A stretch of DNA of 64,000 nucleotides, taken from contig METB01000001.1 of NCBI GenBank assembly GCA_001771185.1, positions 631,200-695,199 on the forward strand, given 5' to 3'. Shown here piece by piece: positions 19,607-30,778 of this stretch. A program made the translations under genes and the position numbers. Within the stretch, counting starts at the first letter, position 1; the number at the start of each line of letters is the position of its first letter. The notes beneath the pieces are model-generated. The model was not told the DNA's origin and searched no databases. It worked only from the letters and a program-made list of their open reading frames with translations. The DNA comes from a candidate division Kazan bacterium RIFCSPHIGHO2_01_FULL_44_14 (GTDB taxonomy: Bacteria; Patescibacteriota; Kazan-3B-28).

Positions 19607-22332
19607 GTTTTTTAACTAAACTTCTGGGGAATCCGAACAAACAGGCAATAAATAAACTGAAACCGATTGTAATGCGGGTGAATTCGTTTGAACCGGAAAT
19701 TCAAAAACTTTCGGATGAACAGTTACGAGCCAAGACAGACGAGTTTAAAAGTCGGTTGGAAAAAGGCGAAACCCTAGATGATATTTTATCAGAGGCCTAT
19801 GCGGTGGTTCGTGAAACGGCCAAGCGAGTGCTAGGTGAGCGGCATTTTGATGTGCAGATTATGGGAGGCGTTGCGTTGCACCAAGGTAAAATTGCCGAAA
19901 TGAAAACAGGTGAAGGAAAAACTTTGGTCTCAACTTTGCCAGTCTATTTGAATGCCTTAACTGGCAAAGGTGTGCATGTTGTAACGGTGAATGATTATCT
20001 GGCTAAACGTGACTCGGAGTGGATGGGCCAGATTTATGAATTTTTGGGACTCACGGTTGGAGTAGTGATTCATGATAAGTCCACCGAAGACAGGAAACTA
20101 GCGTACGCATCCGATATTACTTACGGCACTAATAATGAATTCGGATTTGATTATTTGCGGGACAATATGGCTCCAACCCATGAAGCCCAAGTCCAACGGT
20201 CACTTAATTTTGTGATTGTGGACGAGGTGGACTCGATTTTGATTGATGAGGCCAGAACACCTCTGATTATTTCAGCGCCGGACGAGGAGTCAACGACACA
20301 CTATCAGCGGTTTGCGATGATTGCACCGCAATTAACCGAAAATGTCGATTTTACTAAAGACGAGAAATCCAAAACAACATCACTGACTGAAGCGGGGATT
20401 GAAAAGGTTCAAAAACTTTTAAACATTCCAGACATTTATGAATCGGGTAATATTTTATTGGCGCATCATATTGAGCAGGCGTTACGGGCCCAATTTTTGT
20501 ATAAGAAAGATGTCGATTATGTAGTGACAAATGGCGAGATTTTGATTGTGGACGAATTTACTGGTCGGTTGATGCAGGGCAGAAGATATTCAGAAGGTTT
20601 ACATCAGGCGATTGAAGCCAAAGAAGGGGTGGAAGTCCAACGGGAGAGCAAGACCTTGGCGACAATTACTTTCCAAAATTATTTTCGATTGTATGAAAAA
20701 TTATCCGGGATGACTGGTACGGCCAAGACCGAAGAAGAAGAATTTTGGAAAATATATGGGTTGGAGGTGGTAATGATACCGACCAATCAGCCGTTGGCCA
20801 GGACCGATTTGAATGATTTAATTTATGTTAATGAAAAGGCCAAGTTTGAGGCGGTAGTCAAAGAAATTAAACGGCGGTATGAAACCGGTCAGCCGATTTT
20901 GGTTGGTACGATTGCGATTGAAAAGTCCGAACTTTTATCTGACATGTTGAAATTGGAAGGGGTGCCCCATAATGTTTTGAATGCTAAACAACATGAGCGG
21001 GAAGCGGAGATTGTTAAAGATGCTGGACAAAAGGGAGCGGTAACGATTGCCACCAACATGGCTGGGCGAGGAACTGACATTAAATTAGGTGAAGGAGTGA
21101 GGGAACTTGGCGGATTGCATATTTTGGGGACTGAACGACATGAGTCCCGTCGAATTGATAATCAGCTTCGGGGACGGGCCGGTCGGCAAGGGGACCCAGG
21201 TAGTACTCAATTTTTTGTGTGCTTGGAAGATGACTTGATGCGGTTGTTTGGAAGTGAACGGCTGAAAAGCATGATGACCACGCTGAAAGTGCCAGAAGAT
21301 CAACCATTGGAACATAAATGGATAACTTCCAGTATTGAATCGGCCCAGAAGCGAGTGGAGGGGCATAACTTTGATATTCGTAAACGAGTAGTGGAATACG
21401 ATGATGTGATGAATCGTCATCGGTCCACGATTTATCGTCAACGGCAAAAGTTGCTTTCAGCTGGTGATGTGAAAGATACGGTCTGGGGTTATGTAGAACA
21501 AGAACTGCGAGGAATGTTGGCAATGTATGCGGTGAGCGAAAAACCAGACGCCAAGTTGTTAGTGGAAAGTGTGTTGGCGATTGTGCCATTGTCAGGCGGT
21601 TTCCAAAAAGAATTATCCGAAAATCCTGATGCTGATGTATTAGTAACAGAGGCCAAAAAAATATATGAGAATAAAGAAAAAGAAGTTGGCGAAGAGACCT
21701 TCCGCCAAGTGGAACGAATGGTGTTGCTTCGAGTAATGGACATGATGTGGATGGAGCATATTGATGCAATGATGAAGTTGCGCGAAGCGATTGGTTTGCA
21801 TGGTTATGCGCAAAAAGACCCACTGGTGGAATACAAACAGGAAAGTTACATGATGTTTCAACGGTTACAAATGGTAATTGCGGGAGATGTGGCGCGGATG
21901 ATTTTTAGAGTCAGAGTTGCGAGCAATGAGTCACGAGTTGTGAGTGAAGACAAAGAACTCCAAGAAAAGAAAAATATGGCGATGAAGGGGGCGGAATCCG
22001 ACTCCGCTGAAGCTTCCGCCTTCGCCGAGGCTTCGGCGGACCAACGGACGCCGGACGCAAATTTAAATTTACAAGGTGGTGCGGAGCCGAGCGGGGATTT
22101 TGAAGATGAAGAGAAAGAAATTGCCGAAATTAAAAATGACAAATTACAAATGAAAAATTCGGATGCCCATCCGGAAACCGAGATTCAAAATTCTAATGTC
22201 TCAAGTGGTGCGGTCAGGGATCCGGAAGACAAGAAAGATAAAGTCGGGCGGAATGACCCATGTCCATGCGGAGCGATAAAACCGGATGGTGGGCCGATTA
22301 AATATAAGCACTGTCATGGAAGAGGGAAATAA
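19603..22332 (+). CDS. secA: Preprotein translocase ATPase SecA
   Basis: [35 protein letters not shown]. Confidence 0.98.
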   Translation: MSFLTKLLGNPNKQAINKLKPIVMRVNSFEPEIQKLSDEQLRAKTDEFKSRLEKGETLDDILSEAYAVVRETAKRVLGERHFDVQIMGGVALHQGKIAEMKTGEGKTLVSTLPVYLNALTGKGVHVVTVNDYLAKRDSEWMGQIYEFLGLTVGVVIHDKSTEDRKLAYASDITYGTNNEFGFDYLRDNMAPTHEAQVQRSLNFVIVDEVDSILIDEARTPLIISAPDEESTTHYQRFAMIAPQLTENVDFTKDEKSKTTSLTEAGIEKVQKLLNIPDIYESGNILLAHHIEQALRAQFLYKKDVDYVVTNGEILIVDEFTGRLMQGRRYSEGLHQAIEAKEGVEVQRESKTLATITFQNYFRLYEKLSGMTGTAKTEEEEFWKIYGLEVVMIPTNQPLARTDLNDLIYVNEKAKFEAVVKEIKRRYETGQPILVGTIAIEKSELLSDMLKLEGVPHNVLNAKQHEREAEIVKDAGQKGAVTIATNMAGRGTDIKLGEGVRELGGLHILGTERHESRRIDNQLRGRAGRQGDPGSTQFFVCLEDDLMRLFGSERLKSMMTTLKVPEDQPLEHKWITSSIESAQKRVEGHNFDIRKRVVEYDDVMNRHRSTIYRQRQKLLSAGDVKDTVWGYVEQELRGMLAMYAVSEKPDAKLLVESVLAIVPLSGGFQKELSENPDADVLVTEAKKIYENKEKEVGEETFRQVERMVLLRVMDMMWMEHIDAMMKLREAIGLHGYAQKDPLVEYKQESYMMFQRLQMVIAGDVARMIFRVRVASNESRVVSEDKELQEKKNMAMKGAESDSAEASAFAEASADQRTPDANLNLQGGAEPSGDFEDEEKEIAEIKNDKLQMKNSDAHPETEIQNSNVSSGAVRDPEDKKDKVGRNDPCPCGAIKPDGGPIKYKHCHGRGK

Positions 22333-22358
22333 CCCCTCTTAAGATAAGAGGGTCACCT

Positions 22359-22461
22359 AAATTTCTAATTTCTAATTTCGAATCAAATTCCAATGACTGA
22401 ATGTTTCAAAATTAAGACATTAGGTCATTCACTCAAAATTCAAAATTCATCATTCAAAATT
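22359..22461. mobile_element. ~100-bp family-B element (gene-less relative of the four-helix-bundle element), between 18-bp direct repeats CCTCTTAAGATAAGAGGG
   Basis: Copies at 34564, 49251, 52621 and 62458; direct repeats at 22335-22352 and 22470-22487. Confidence 0.7.
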
Positions 22462-22544
22462 ATATTTATCCTCTTAAGATAAGAGGGGAAGGTATGAAGT
22501 AGAGATTAAAAAATAACTGACTGGTTGGGGGAGAAAGAGGAAGT

Positions 22545-23216
22545 GTGAGCGACGAACGGAATGATGGGGGCGAAAAAGTTGTTCGAGTAACTTTGTGCAT
22601 AGCCCAAAACAAAGAGGGCCAGGTTTTATTGGGATACAAACACGATTCAGAGAAGTTTGGTGGGAATTTATGGAATGGGTTTGGAGGGAAAGTCGATGAA
22701 GGAGAGACCTATTTGCAGGCGGCAGTGCGTGAATTTAAAGAAGAATGTAAGATTCACGATGGCGATATTGAATTGTCTGGGGTGCTAGAATTCAGACATC
22801 GTAATCAACCAGGAAAAGTAATAGAGATGCCGGTGTATCGAGTAACCAATTCTTTAAGTGAAGCGCAGTCAACAAAAGAAATGAAACCGGTGGCATGGTT
22901 TGACAAAGACCAGTTGCCTCTAGAGCAAATGTGGGCATCTGATAAATATTGGTTGCCTCTGTTCTTGGAGGGAAAGGGCTTCTTTGGCCAGTTTGTATAT
23001 GATAATAAAGACAATCGGAATTTAATTGAAGAACCTAAAATTCAAGAATGGGACATATCCGCTGAAATTACAGCAGAAACTCTAGTTGCGGAAATAAAAG
23101 CCGAACTTAGAGTCAAGGAGGAGAGTGGAGCGGAAGTGAAGGCCGAAGTGATGGTGGAAGCCGGTGGTGGAGAGGTTTTCCAGGAGGTTAGAGGAGGGGG
23201 GATGAGATTGAGGTGA
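22545..23216 (+). CDS. NUDIX hydrolase (8-oxo-dGTPase/MTH1-like)
   Basis: WNGFGGKVDEGETYLQAAVREFKEE, MWASD. Confidence 0.9.
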   Translation: MSDERNDGGEKVVRVTLCIAQNKEGQVLLGYKHDSEKFGGNLWNGFGGKVDEGETYLQAAVREFKEECKIHDGDIELSGVLEFRHRNQPGKVIEMPVYRVTNSLSEAQSTKEMKPVAWFDKDQLPLEQMWASDKYWLPLFLEGKGFFGQFVYDNKDNRNLIEEPKIQEWDISAEITAETLVAEIKAELRVKEESGAEVKAEVMVEAGGGEVFQEVRGGGMRLR

Positions 23217-23295
23217 AATGATAAATTAAAAATTAAAAATGGGGGAGGAGAGTGATGAGTCGGGGAGTGGGTTGGGGAGTGGGGCTTGTTTCTTT

Positions 23296-24070
23296 CGTCA
23301 TCCTGAGCGAGGTGTAAGCCGAGTCGAAGGATCTAGGCGTAGCCGTCTATAAGAAATTCGCTATCGCCCCAACGGGGGCCCTTTGGGGCTAGATTCTTCA
23401 TCCCGGCAAGCCGGGATTCAGAATGACAGAAGGTAGGCGGGGGCCGGAATGACAAAAAGAGAGACAGTTGGGATGGTAGGTGGCGCCTCTCGGTTCCTCA
23501 GGATGATGATTCGCAGGCGTTAGGAGGAGAGATGATGGGTGATTTTGTGGTGATTACACCACATTTTTGGGTAAAGTCAAGTTTTATCAGATTAGAAGGT
23601 GGCCCCTCGGTACTTCGGGGCAATAAAGGGGATGGATGTACAATAAATCCACTCTGGGAGCCAGTTTTTGCTTGACAAAACTATTTAATTATAATAGAGT
23701 AGCGGTAGGTGAGCCGAATGGCTCCATTGCACTCTACAATTAGTTGACTAAAAATGAGTATCGAGTTGCGAGTATCGAGTTGCGAGTCGGAACTGATGAT
23801 AAGACAGACGGTCAACGAAGAGATGCGAAAATTTACAATTCATTAAAATAAAATATCAGCACGGGGGGAACGGGCTGATTTTTGTTTTGATGGGTGTCCC
23901 TCGGTTCTTTTTGTTGTCATTCCCGCGCCCGTCCGCAACGATTCGCCAGCCCGTAGTATATACAACATTTCTGGCGGGCGTAGCATTTCGGGCAGGTAGG
24001 CGGGAATCTAGAAAAGAAAACAGATTTTTATGTTTTGTTCTGGATTCCGGCTCGTGGGCCGGAATGACGA
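23296..24070. repeat. Intergenic repeat cluster (GTCAT..ATGAC palindromes, CCCCTCGG hairpins, heptamer run)
   Basis: Elements at about 23297-23453, 23480-23505, 23598-23622, 23756-23788 and 23916-24069. Confidence 0.7.
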
Positions 24071-24353
24071 TAAGAGAAACTTGGGTTGTAATTGAGCCGC
24101 AGAATTCTGGTGCTGTAGAGGTTTAGGGTCTGGATATTTTTGGATTAACCTTTAAGAATATCAATTTAAGGACACGATACCTTCTTAGCACTGGAATCCT
24201 GCGGCTCATACGAATTTCTCTTCGAGCCAAAGGATTATTTTGTTTTCAAAAACCAACTGTAAAATACGCGAAAGCGGATTACGGTTGGTCTTCTACTCAT
24301 CGGCTGGCGCGGTTGATGGGTTGGGCCTACGAGGGTCCGAAGGAGGTAGAGAA

Positions 24354-25772
24354 ATGCGCAAGAATTCCTTTATGGCCCTCGTGGCCTTTGTTGTTGTTTC
24401 GTTGTTCGTGTTGGTTGGTTGTGGTGGAGGAGGTTCTAAATCTCCGACGACACCGCCAGCGAATAACAATGGCAACAACTTGCCGGCACCATCTGTGCCA
24501 AGCGGGATTGACCAGACAAGTTATCGGGCGGAGGTCGAGGTTCCAACTTCTCCTGACTCGGGCGAAGGTGCACTCGTGCTTCGGCACGGGGTGTACTTCT
24601 TCAGTCCGGATGCTTCGGATAATAACTGGACGTTTGGGGTCAGGACTTGGGTCAAAAGCAAGGATGGCAATCCGTTTCAGCTCGACACTTACAGGTGGTC
24701 GGGTAAAGATGGAATGTTGAACTTGGCTAATCCGAGCCAAGACAAATCTTCAGTAGTTGTCCGTGTTGTGACTATCGGCGATAAAGACATTAGTCCGGCA
24801 GTCGGAGTTTATACAGTTGGGATCAAGACCGCAGATGTCAGTAAAGGCAAATTGGTACCGTTGGCTTACTCGGTCAATACGCCTCCATATGCGTTATGGG
24901 TGGCATGGCTGAAGTTTGGTGGACTATACCATACGAATGACGGTGGCACGGGCGGCGGTTCCAGCGACGGCGATCCGGCTGATAGTTGGTTGGAGGAACT
25001 GTGGGGCAATATCAATGAATGGATATGCCCCAGCTCAACGGTCACGGTCACTCTTGCAATCGATGACGAGTTGTGGGTGTGGGACGAAACCGGTGATTCG
25101 CCAAGATGGGCGTATAATCCACAAACTCCCGAACCTCCCAACGTTCCACCAACAGTCATTCTTGAAGCTAACCCGACGTCTGGGGTTGCACCACTTACCG
25201 TTAATTTCGATGCGAGCGGTTCGAGTGATTCGGACGGCACTATCATCGAATATGCCTGGGACTTTACCAGTGACCAAGCGACGGACCAAGAGGGCATTGC
25301 GGTAAGTTATACCTATACTAATCCAGGTACTTACCTCTCAACCCTCTATGTCACGGATAATGACGGCGTTAGTCGATCAAAGTCAGTGGCAATTACTGTT
25401 GCCGAATCGCAGAATCCGCCGACAACTTGGGGAGGAGAGGAGTTCAATCCTAATCTGGCAAACTTCTTTACCGACCAGGGGAGTTATGTCGGCTTGTCTA
25501 TTGAGAAAGAAGAGTTCCAGATATTCATACCGTACTTAATGTATAGCGGTATGAACATCCCTATCTCTTCCGCACCGAAGTCGTGGACGGTCGATTGGGT
25601 GATTCTTCTGGAAGGGGAATCGGTGAAATCGTTTGTTGATCCCTCTCCTAGGATTAACGCCGTGGAATTGGAACAGAAGAGTTACACTCTTAGGGCACAA
25701 GTTCACTTTGCAACTCTTCCCAATCCAACGGTAAAACAGTACGACGTTTGCGTCGTCACTGTCGGACCGTAG
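24354..25772 (+). CDS. Putative lipoprotein with a PKD domain
   Basis: SD AGGAGG; signal ending LVGC; APLTVNFDASGSSDSDGTIIEYAWDF..YTNPGTY. Confidence 0.8.
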   Translation: MRKNSFMALVAFVVVSLFVLVGCGGGGSKSPTTPPANNNGNNLPAPSVPSGIDQTSYRAEVEVPTSPDSGEGALVLRHGVYFFSPDASDNNWTFGVRTWVKSKDGNPFQLDTYRWSGKDGMLNLANPSQDKSSVVVRVVTIGDKDISPAVGVYTVGIKTADVSKGKLVPLAYSVNTPPYALWVAWLKFGGLYHTNDGGTGGGSSDGDPADSWLEELWGNINEWICPSSTVTVTLAIDDELWVWDETGDSPRWAYNPQTPEPPNVPPTVILEANPTSGVAPLTVNFDASGSSDSDGTIIEYAWDFTSDQATDQEGIAVSYTYTNPGTYLSTLYVTDNDGVSRSKSVAITVAESQNPPTTWGGEEFNPNLANFFTDQGSYVGLSIEKEEFQIFIPYLMYSGMNIPISSAPKSWTVDWVILLEGESVKSFVDPSPRINAVELEQKSYTLRAQVHFATLPNPTVKQYDVCVVTVGP

Positions 25773-26175
25773 TCAATTAATTTTTGCACAAAAGGTTTGG
25801 GTCTCGCTGTTTACAGCGGGACCCACCTCCACTCTTGGTCATCACTACTTCCCCCAGGTAATGATGGCCAAAAGTGGGGGTTACGAGATAATTACAAATT
25901 AAAAATTACAAATGTTTTTGCTGTCATCCCGAGCTTGCCTGCCCGCCTTTGGAGGGTCGAGGGATCTATCCTCATTATTTGAAAAAGCCAGATTCCTCCA
26001 CTACGGTCGGAATGACAGAAATGGAACGGTCGGAATGACAGAAAACGGTCGTGGTAAATAAATTAGATTAGATTAGATTATAAAAAAGTTAATTAGATTA
26101 AAGGTGAAGATTATGGATTTTTTCAAAACGGTCGGTAGACGGGTATACTTTCAAGTGCGGAGAATAAAGAAAGCC

Positions 26176-28896
26176 ATGAAGAACTGGAAAAAGTTTGGAG
26201 TGATTATGTTTGGCGGGCTATTGCTCGCAATGAATATTTTGCCAATCGCTTTGGCGGCTGGTTTATTAACCGTGGGCGTGAGTCCAAGCGGTTCAACTAT
26301 AACAATGGGTACTCCAGCCACTTTTACGGCAACGGTTAAATTGAACGGTGGGTTGACCTCGTTCGATACTTTAAAGTGGAGTGTGAATGATACCCCAGCC
26401 GATCAAACCACCTCTGGCAAGACCAGTTTTACTTTTAATCCGACTACGGCCGGAACTTATACAATCATGGCTCGGGCGACCAAGTTGGGCAGTGACCCAG
26501 CCACTGGGCAGGCCACTTTAATCGTGAAAGATGGCGGCAATGGTGGTGGGACTACTCAACTTTTGACGGTTGGAATTACTCCGAGCGGTGCAACGGTGAA
26601 CCCAGGTGTACCGCAGAATTATGATGCCACAGTTAAGTTGAATGGTAATTTAACCTCGTTTGACACTTTAAAGTGGTATTTTGACGGCAACTCGGAAAGT
26701 ACTAGTTATCGGAATAAGACCAAGTTTGCGGTTAGTTCGATGACAGCTGGTAATCACAATGTCAAAGTAGTTGCAAATAAAGGCACTTACAATGAAGCAA
26801 CGGCTAATGCTACGCTGACGGTTCAAACAGTTACTCCGCCAGCCGAAACCATGGCAATTCATATTACTCCAGAAGAGCCGGGTTCAACTGAAGTTGGAAC
26901 TCCAAAAGTAACTAATTTTGCGGCTAATGTAACTCTAGATGGTCGGCCATTTAGTCCCGATGTGATTCAGTGGTATGCGAACGATGTATTCCAGAGTGCG
27001 TCTGGGGTTAACTTTACTTATAGCGCACCGATGATTGTGGGGACTTACAGAATTCAAGCCAAGGCAGTAGATGGTGGGAAGAATGACGCTTGGAGTAACA
27101 GTGCTTATGTGTATGTCAATCCAACGCCTGACCAACCATATTTTTACTTGTTTGAAGTTAACCCATCGCCAGTGACTTTGTATCTGACGCCGGGAGCCGA
27201 TATCCAGGATTTGATTTACACAGCACGTGATTCAAAGACAAACTCGATTATTCCAGATTCAATGAGTTGGATTTCTAATAATCCAGCCATTGGGCATATG
27301 GATGTAATCGACCAAGGGCGACGATTTGTGGCTGATCAAGTAGGTGCGACTATTATTACCGTGACAGCCAAATGGCAGAACAAGACACTATACGATTTTG
27401 TTTATGTCACGGTCTTAGATGTACCAGTAACTGAACGGGTCTTAGGAAGTGTTGAAATTACTCCGCCGAGTACTGCGCTGACAGCTGGTGGGAATCAGCC
27501 ATTTTCGGCCCAGGCATATGATTTGTTCCACAACCCGATTAATTCAGGTGTGACTTACCAGTGGCAGATTAATTCGAATGTTAGTTACATCGGTTACTTG
27601 AATCAGGCCTACGGTCAGAATATAACCTTCACGGCTAATCCTGGCATTAACAACACTTTTGTTGGTGCACTAACAGTGAATGCTTACTTTAATAACCAAT
27701 CACCACAATCAGATAGCGCGACTATCGCGATTAGTGATGTGATTATTGCGCAAGAGGTTTTGGCTAGAGTGGATGTGACCGCGACTCGGTATTCGATTTT
27801 GACCAACGATACCACAGTGTTGACGGCACAGGCCTTTAGTAACTTGAGCAATCCATGGCCAGCCACTTATAGTTGGCAGATTGAAAGTGGTAATGCCACT
27901 TTGAGTTCTCTGACTGGACAAAGTGTTGTTCTATATTCCAATATTTGGACCGGACCGGTAACGGTACGGGTCTGGGCGACTAACGGGAATGTGGTTACCA
28001 ACACATCAACGATTATGGTGCAAGGGACCATTCCTCCCGTCAATTCAATTAATCTGGTAGTAACACCACAGACGCCGACTATCGTAACCAACAATACACA
28101 ACAGTTTATCGCACGAGTGTACGACGGCTATGGCAGTAATATTACCAGCCAAGTCGATTACATTAATTGGACTAATCTGAATCCAACCGCAGGCAGTATT
28201 ATTAGCCAGAGTCGCGATACGATGATTTGGCGGGCAGATAGCATATTAGGAACTTTCTCCAACGCTTTGCGAGTAGAGACGCGGTGGGGGAATCTGACTG
28301 ACACAGAGTATATCTCTCCTACGGTAATTCTAAGCGGACCGATACCTAATTACTACATTACTTCGATTTTCACGGCGGTAATCAAAGATGGTTCAACTCC
28401 AAGCGAAGGCGATATTATTCTCTACACGGTTACTTTGCGGAATAATCAGCCAAACTTGGTGTCAGGGATTCAGCTAACAATGAATGTACCGACTTATACG
28501 ACATTTATTTCGGCCTCTTCGGTGGTTGATCATCCACGAATTTCTGGCCGAACAATTACTTGGGATACGGGTACGCTGTACAACGGTGAAGGTAAGACCA
28601 TGATAGTTGAGGTTCAAATCAATGATGGTTTGCCAAAGGTCGGAGTTAGCATCACTGGTCAGGCCCATGTTCGGGCAGATCAAATCCCACAGGGATTTAA
28701 CATCACTTCAAATACGATTGTGGTTACCTCTGGCAGTGGTCCAATTACGCCAGTGACCCCAACTGATGAACCATTAACTCCAACTGGAATGGATTGGCAA
28801 ACATTGGTTTTGATTGCCATGGCTTCGCTACTGCTGGCTAGTATTACTTGGGTAGGGTTAGAGGCCAAAGCCCAACGGCGTCTACAACTGAACTAA
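26176..28896 (+). CDS. Large surface protein with Ig-like repeats, DUF11-like domain and an LPxTG-like C-terminal signal
   Basis: Signal peptide; Thr/Val-rich beta repeats; GDIILYTVTLRN; LTPTG + TM helix + KAQRR. Confidence 0.8.
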   Translation: MKNWKKFGVIMFGGLLLAMNILPIALAAGLLTVGVSPSGSTITMGTPATFTATVKLNGGLTSFDTLKWSVNDTPADQTTSGKTSFTFNPTTAGTYTIMARATKLGSDPATGQATLIVKDGGNGGGTTQLLTVGITPSGATVNPGVPQNYDATVKLNGNLTSFDTLKWYFDGNSESTSYRNKTKFAVSSMTAGNHNVKVVANKGTYNEATANATLTVQTVTPPAETMAIHITPEEPGSTEVGTPKVTNFAANVTLDGRPFSPDVIQWYANDVFQSASGVNFTYSAPMIVGTYRIQAKAVDGGKNDAWSNSAYVYVNPTPDQPYFYLFEVNPSPVTLYLTPGADIQDLIYTARDSKTNSIIPDSMSWISNNPAIGHMDVIDQGRRFVADQVGATIITVTAKWQNKTLYDFVYVTVLDVPVTERVLGSVEITPPSTALTAGGNQPFSAQAYDLFHNPINSGVTYQWQINSNVSYIGYLNQAYGQNITFTANPGINNTFVGALTVNAYFNNQSPQSDSATIAISDVIIAQEVLARVDVTATRYSILTNDTTVLTAQAFSNLSNPWPATYSWQIESGNATLSSLTGQSVVLYSNIWTGPVTVRVWATNGNVVTNTSTIMVQGTIPPVNSINLVVTPQTPTIVTNNTQQFIARVYDGYGSNITSQVDYINWTNLNPTAGSIISQSRDTMIWRADSILGTFSNALRVETRWGNLTDTEYISPTVILSGPIPNYYITSIFTAVIKDGSTPSEGDIILYTVTLRNNQPNLVSGIQLTMNVPTYTTFISASSVVDHPRISGRTITWDTGTLYNGEGKTMIVEVQINDGLPKVGVSITGQAHVRADQIPQGFNITSNTIVVTSGSGPITPVTPTDEPLTPTGMDWQTLVLIAMASLLLASITWVGLEAKAQRRLQLN

Positions 28897-28920
28897 GAAT
28901 AAGCAGGTTAATAACCTACA

Positions 28921-28962
28921 AAAGCCCCCGTCTCCGCCAGTTGGCGGATGACGGGGGCTTTT
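28921..28962 (+). terminator. Intrinsic terminator with a nested CCGCC..GGCGG hairpin
   Basis: AAAGCCCCCGTC..GACGGGGGCTTTT. Confidence 0.75.
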
Positions 28963-29041
28963 GGTTGACTGGCCGATGGGGATTGTTATACACTTAGGCG
29001 TTCTTTGTTGTAGTTTACCAATAAGTTTTAGGGGGTGTGTG

Positions 29042-29557
29042 ATGGGAGTAATCGCGATTATTTTTCGGCATGGCGTCGTTTCAAACGACCCGGCCATAGA
29101 ATTTGAGTGGACCAACTCTCTCGTTTCGAATCGGTCGTTTCATAGTGACACGATAGATGGTTTGCCGACCATTGCTCGAAAGGAGCTACGGAAAATGTTG
29201 CAATCCCCAGAGTTTGTGCGATATCGAACCGAGTTAAGGGGTGGTGGCGATGAGCTAATTATTCAATTTGAAAATCTCCCAGCTGGTTCAACTTTTCTGT
29301 TGGGATTTTTCCGTCAATTTTTTGGTAAGGGATTCAACGAGTTCTTTTCCGCAAGAGGGATTTGTGGGAAGCGGACCAATTCACCAATCAGTAGAATTAT
29401 AGTAACAGCAATAAATCGGACGGATAAGTCCTGTCAACTCACGGTCAAGTCCTCCAGAGAGAATTCTAACCTGACCTTTCATCAGATATCGGAGGAATTA
29501 TTAAAACTTCTGGATGAATCTGAAAATTTTCGCTGGGAGCATGAACATCAAACTTGA
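29042..29557 (+). CDS. Hypothetical protein
   Basis: ORF with a G-rich SD before ATG 29042. Confidence 0.5.
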   Translation: MGVIAIIFRHGVVSNDPAIEFEWTNSLVSNRSFHSDTIDGLPTIARKELRKMLQSPEFVRYRTELRGGGDELIIQFENLPAGSTFLLGFFRQFFGKGFNEFFSARGICGKRTNSPISRIIVTAINRTDKSCQLTVKSSRENSNLTFHQISEELLKLLDESENFRWEHEHQT

Positions 29558-29599
29558 GGCGTCAAACCTGACGCCTCTTTTTATTGGTATAATGCGATT

Positions 29600-30713
29600 A
29601 TGGCAGAACAGACAGTCAAAGAACGGTTCGAATCTATCCGCCTGCAATTTTCCAAATTGCAGGACTATCTTTGACCCAGATAAAGTTAAATCCAAAGTAG
29701 AAGAATTGACGGCGGAAATGAGTGCGCCGGATTTTTGGAAACAAGATCACCAAGTATCGGCCAAGAAAGCCGAAGAATTGGATTTGCAGACCAAGATTTT
29801 AACCGCCGAGAAGGATACTGAAGATGCTTTGGCCAGGGTGGGTTTGAAATTAAACGAAGACAATTACAGTCCGAACGACAAGGAAATGGAAGCGGACTTA
29901 GACAGTGCGATGCAAAAGATATCTTGGCTAGAGTCGCAGACGCTTTTTTCTGGGCCCTATGACGAGAAAGATGCTTATTTATTTTTTCATGTGGGAGCGG
30001 GCGGGGTGGATGCGGCCGATTGGAATGAAATGCTTTTAAATATGTATTTACAATATGCTAAGCGAAAAGGTTGGAAGACGGAGATATTACATCGGACGGA
30101 CAATGAAGAAGCCGGAATCAAAAATGCGACGGTGAAAATTTCTGGGGTGAGAGCGTATGGTTATTTGAAAGCCGAGGCTGGAGTGCATCGATTAGTTCGG
30201 CAATCGCCATTCAATGCCCAAAATCTGCGTCAGACATCGTTTGCGTTGGTGGAGGTATTGCCAGATATGGGAGATGTGGATGTGGGAATTAAAGAAGATG
30301 ATCTAAAAATAGAGACCTTTAAGTCGTCTGGTCACGGGGGGCAAAGTGTGAACACGACTGATTCGGCTGTGCGAATTATTCATATTCCGACTGGTCTGAC
30401 AGCGGTATCGCAAAATGAACGGTCACAGATGCAAAACCGAGCGACAGCAATGCAGGTGTTAAAGAATAAGGTTTACATTCAAGAACAAGCCGAGCGGGAT
30501 ACGGCAGAGCGGAAGATGAAAGCGGCGACTGCATCGGGTGATTTCGGACATCAAGTTAGAAGTTATGTGATTCATCCGTATCAGCAAGTGAAAGATCATC
30601 GGAGTGATTTTACTGAACCGAGAACTGACAAGATTATGAAAGATGGGGATTTGGATGAAATTATTTTAAGTGTTTTGGTAAATCAGAGAGACAACGATAT
30701 CGATAATAAATAA
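29600..30713 (+). CDS. prfB: Peptide chain release factor 2 with programmed +1 frameshift
   Basis: ATG 29600, 24 codons, then CTT TGA C at 29669-29675; SPF and GGQ motifs in the +1 frame. Confidence 0.95.
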
Positions 30714-30778
30714 AATCCCTCCCCTCGGCAAGCTCGGGACGATGCTTATCCTCGGGATAACAGATTATCAATAAATAG

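Noticed and set aside
21080-21823. 247-aa antisense ORF inside secA and similar shadow ORFs
   Set aside because: They fully overlap conserved genes and show no motifs.
24245-24300. GAAA-capped hairpin as a c-di-GMP riboswitch
   Set aside because: The second stem and conserved GEMM nucleotides are not recognisable.
29514-29599. ORF-track N-terminus of RF2
   Set aside because: The real start is ATG 29600 in another frame, joined by the programmed frameshift.
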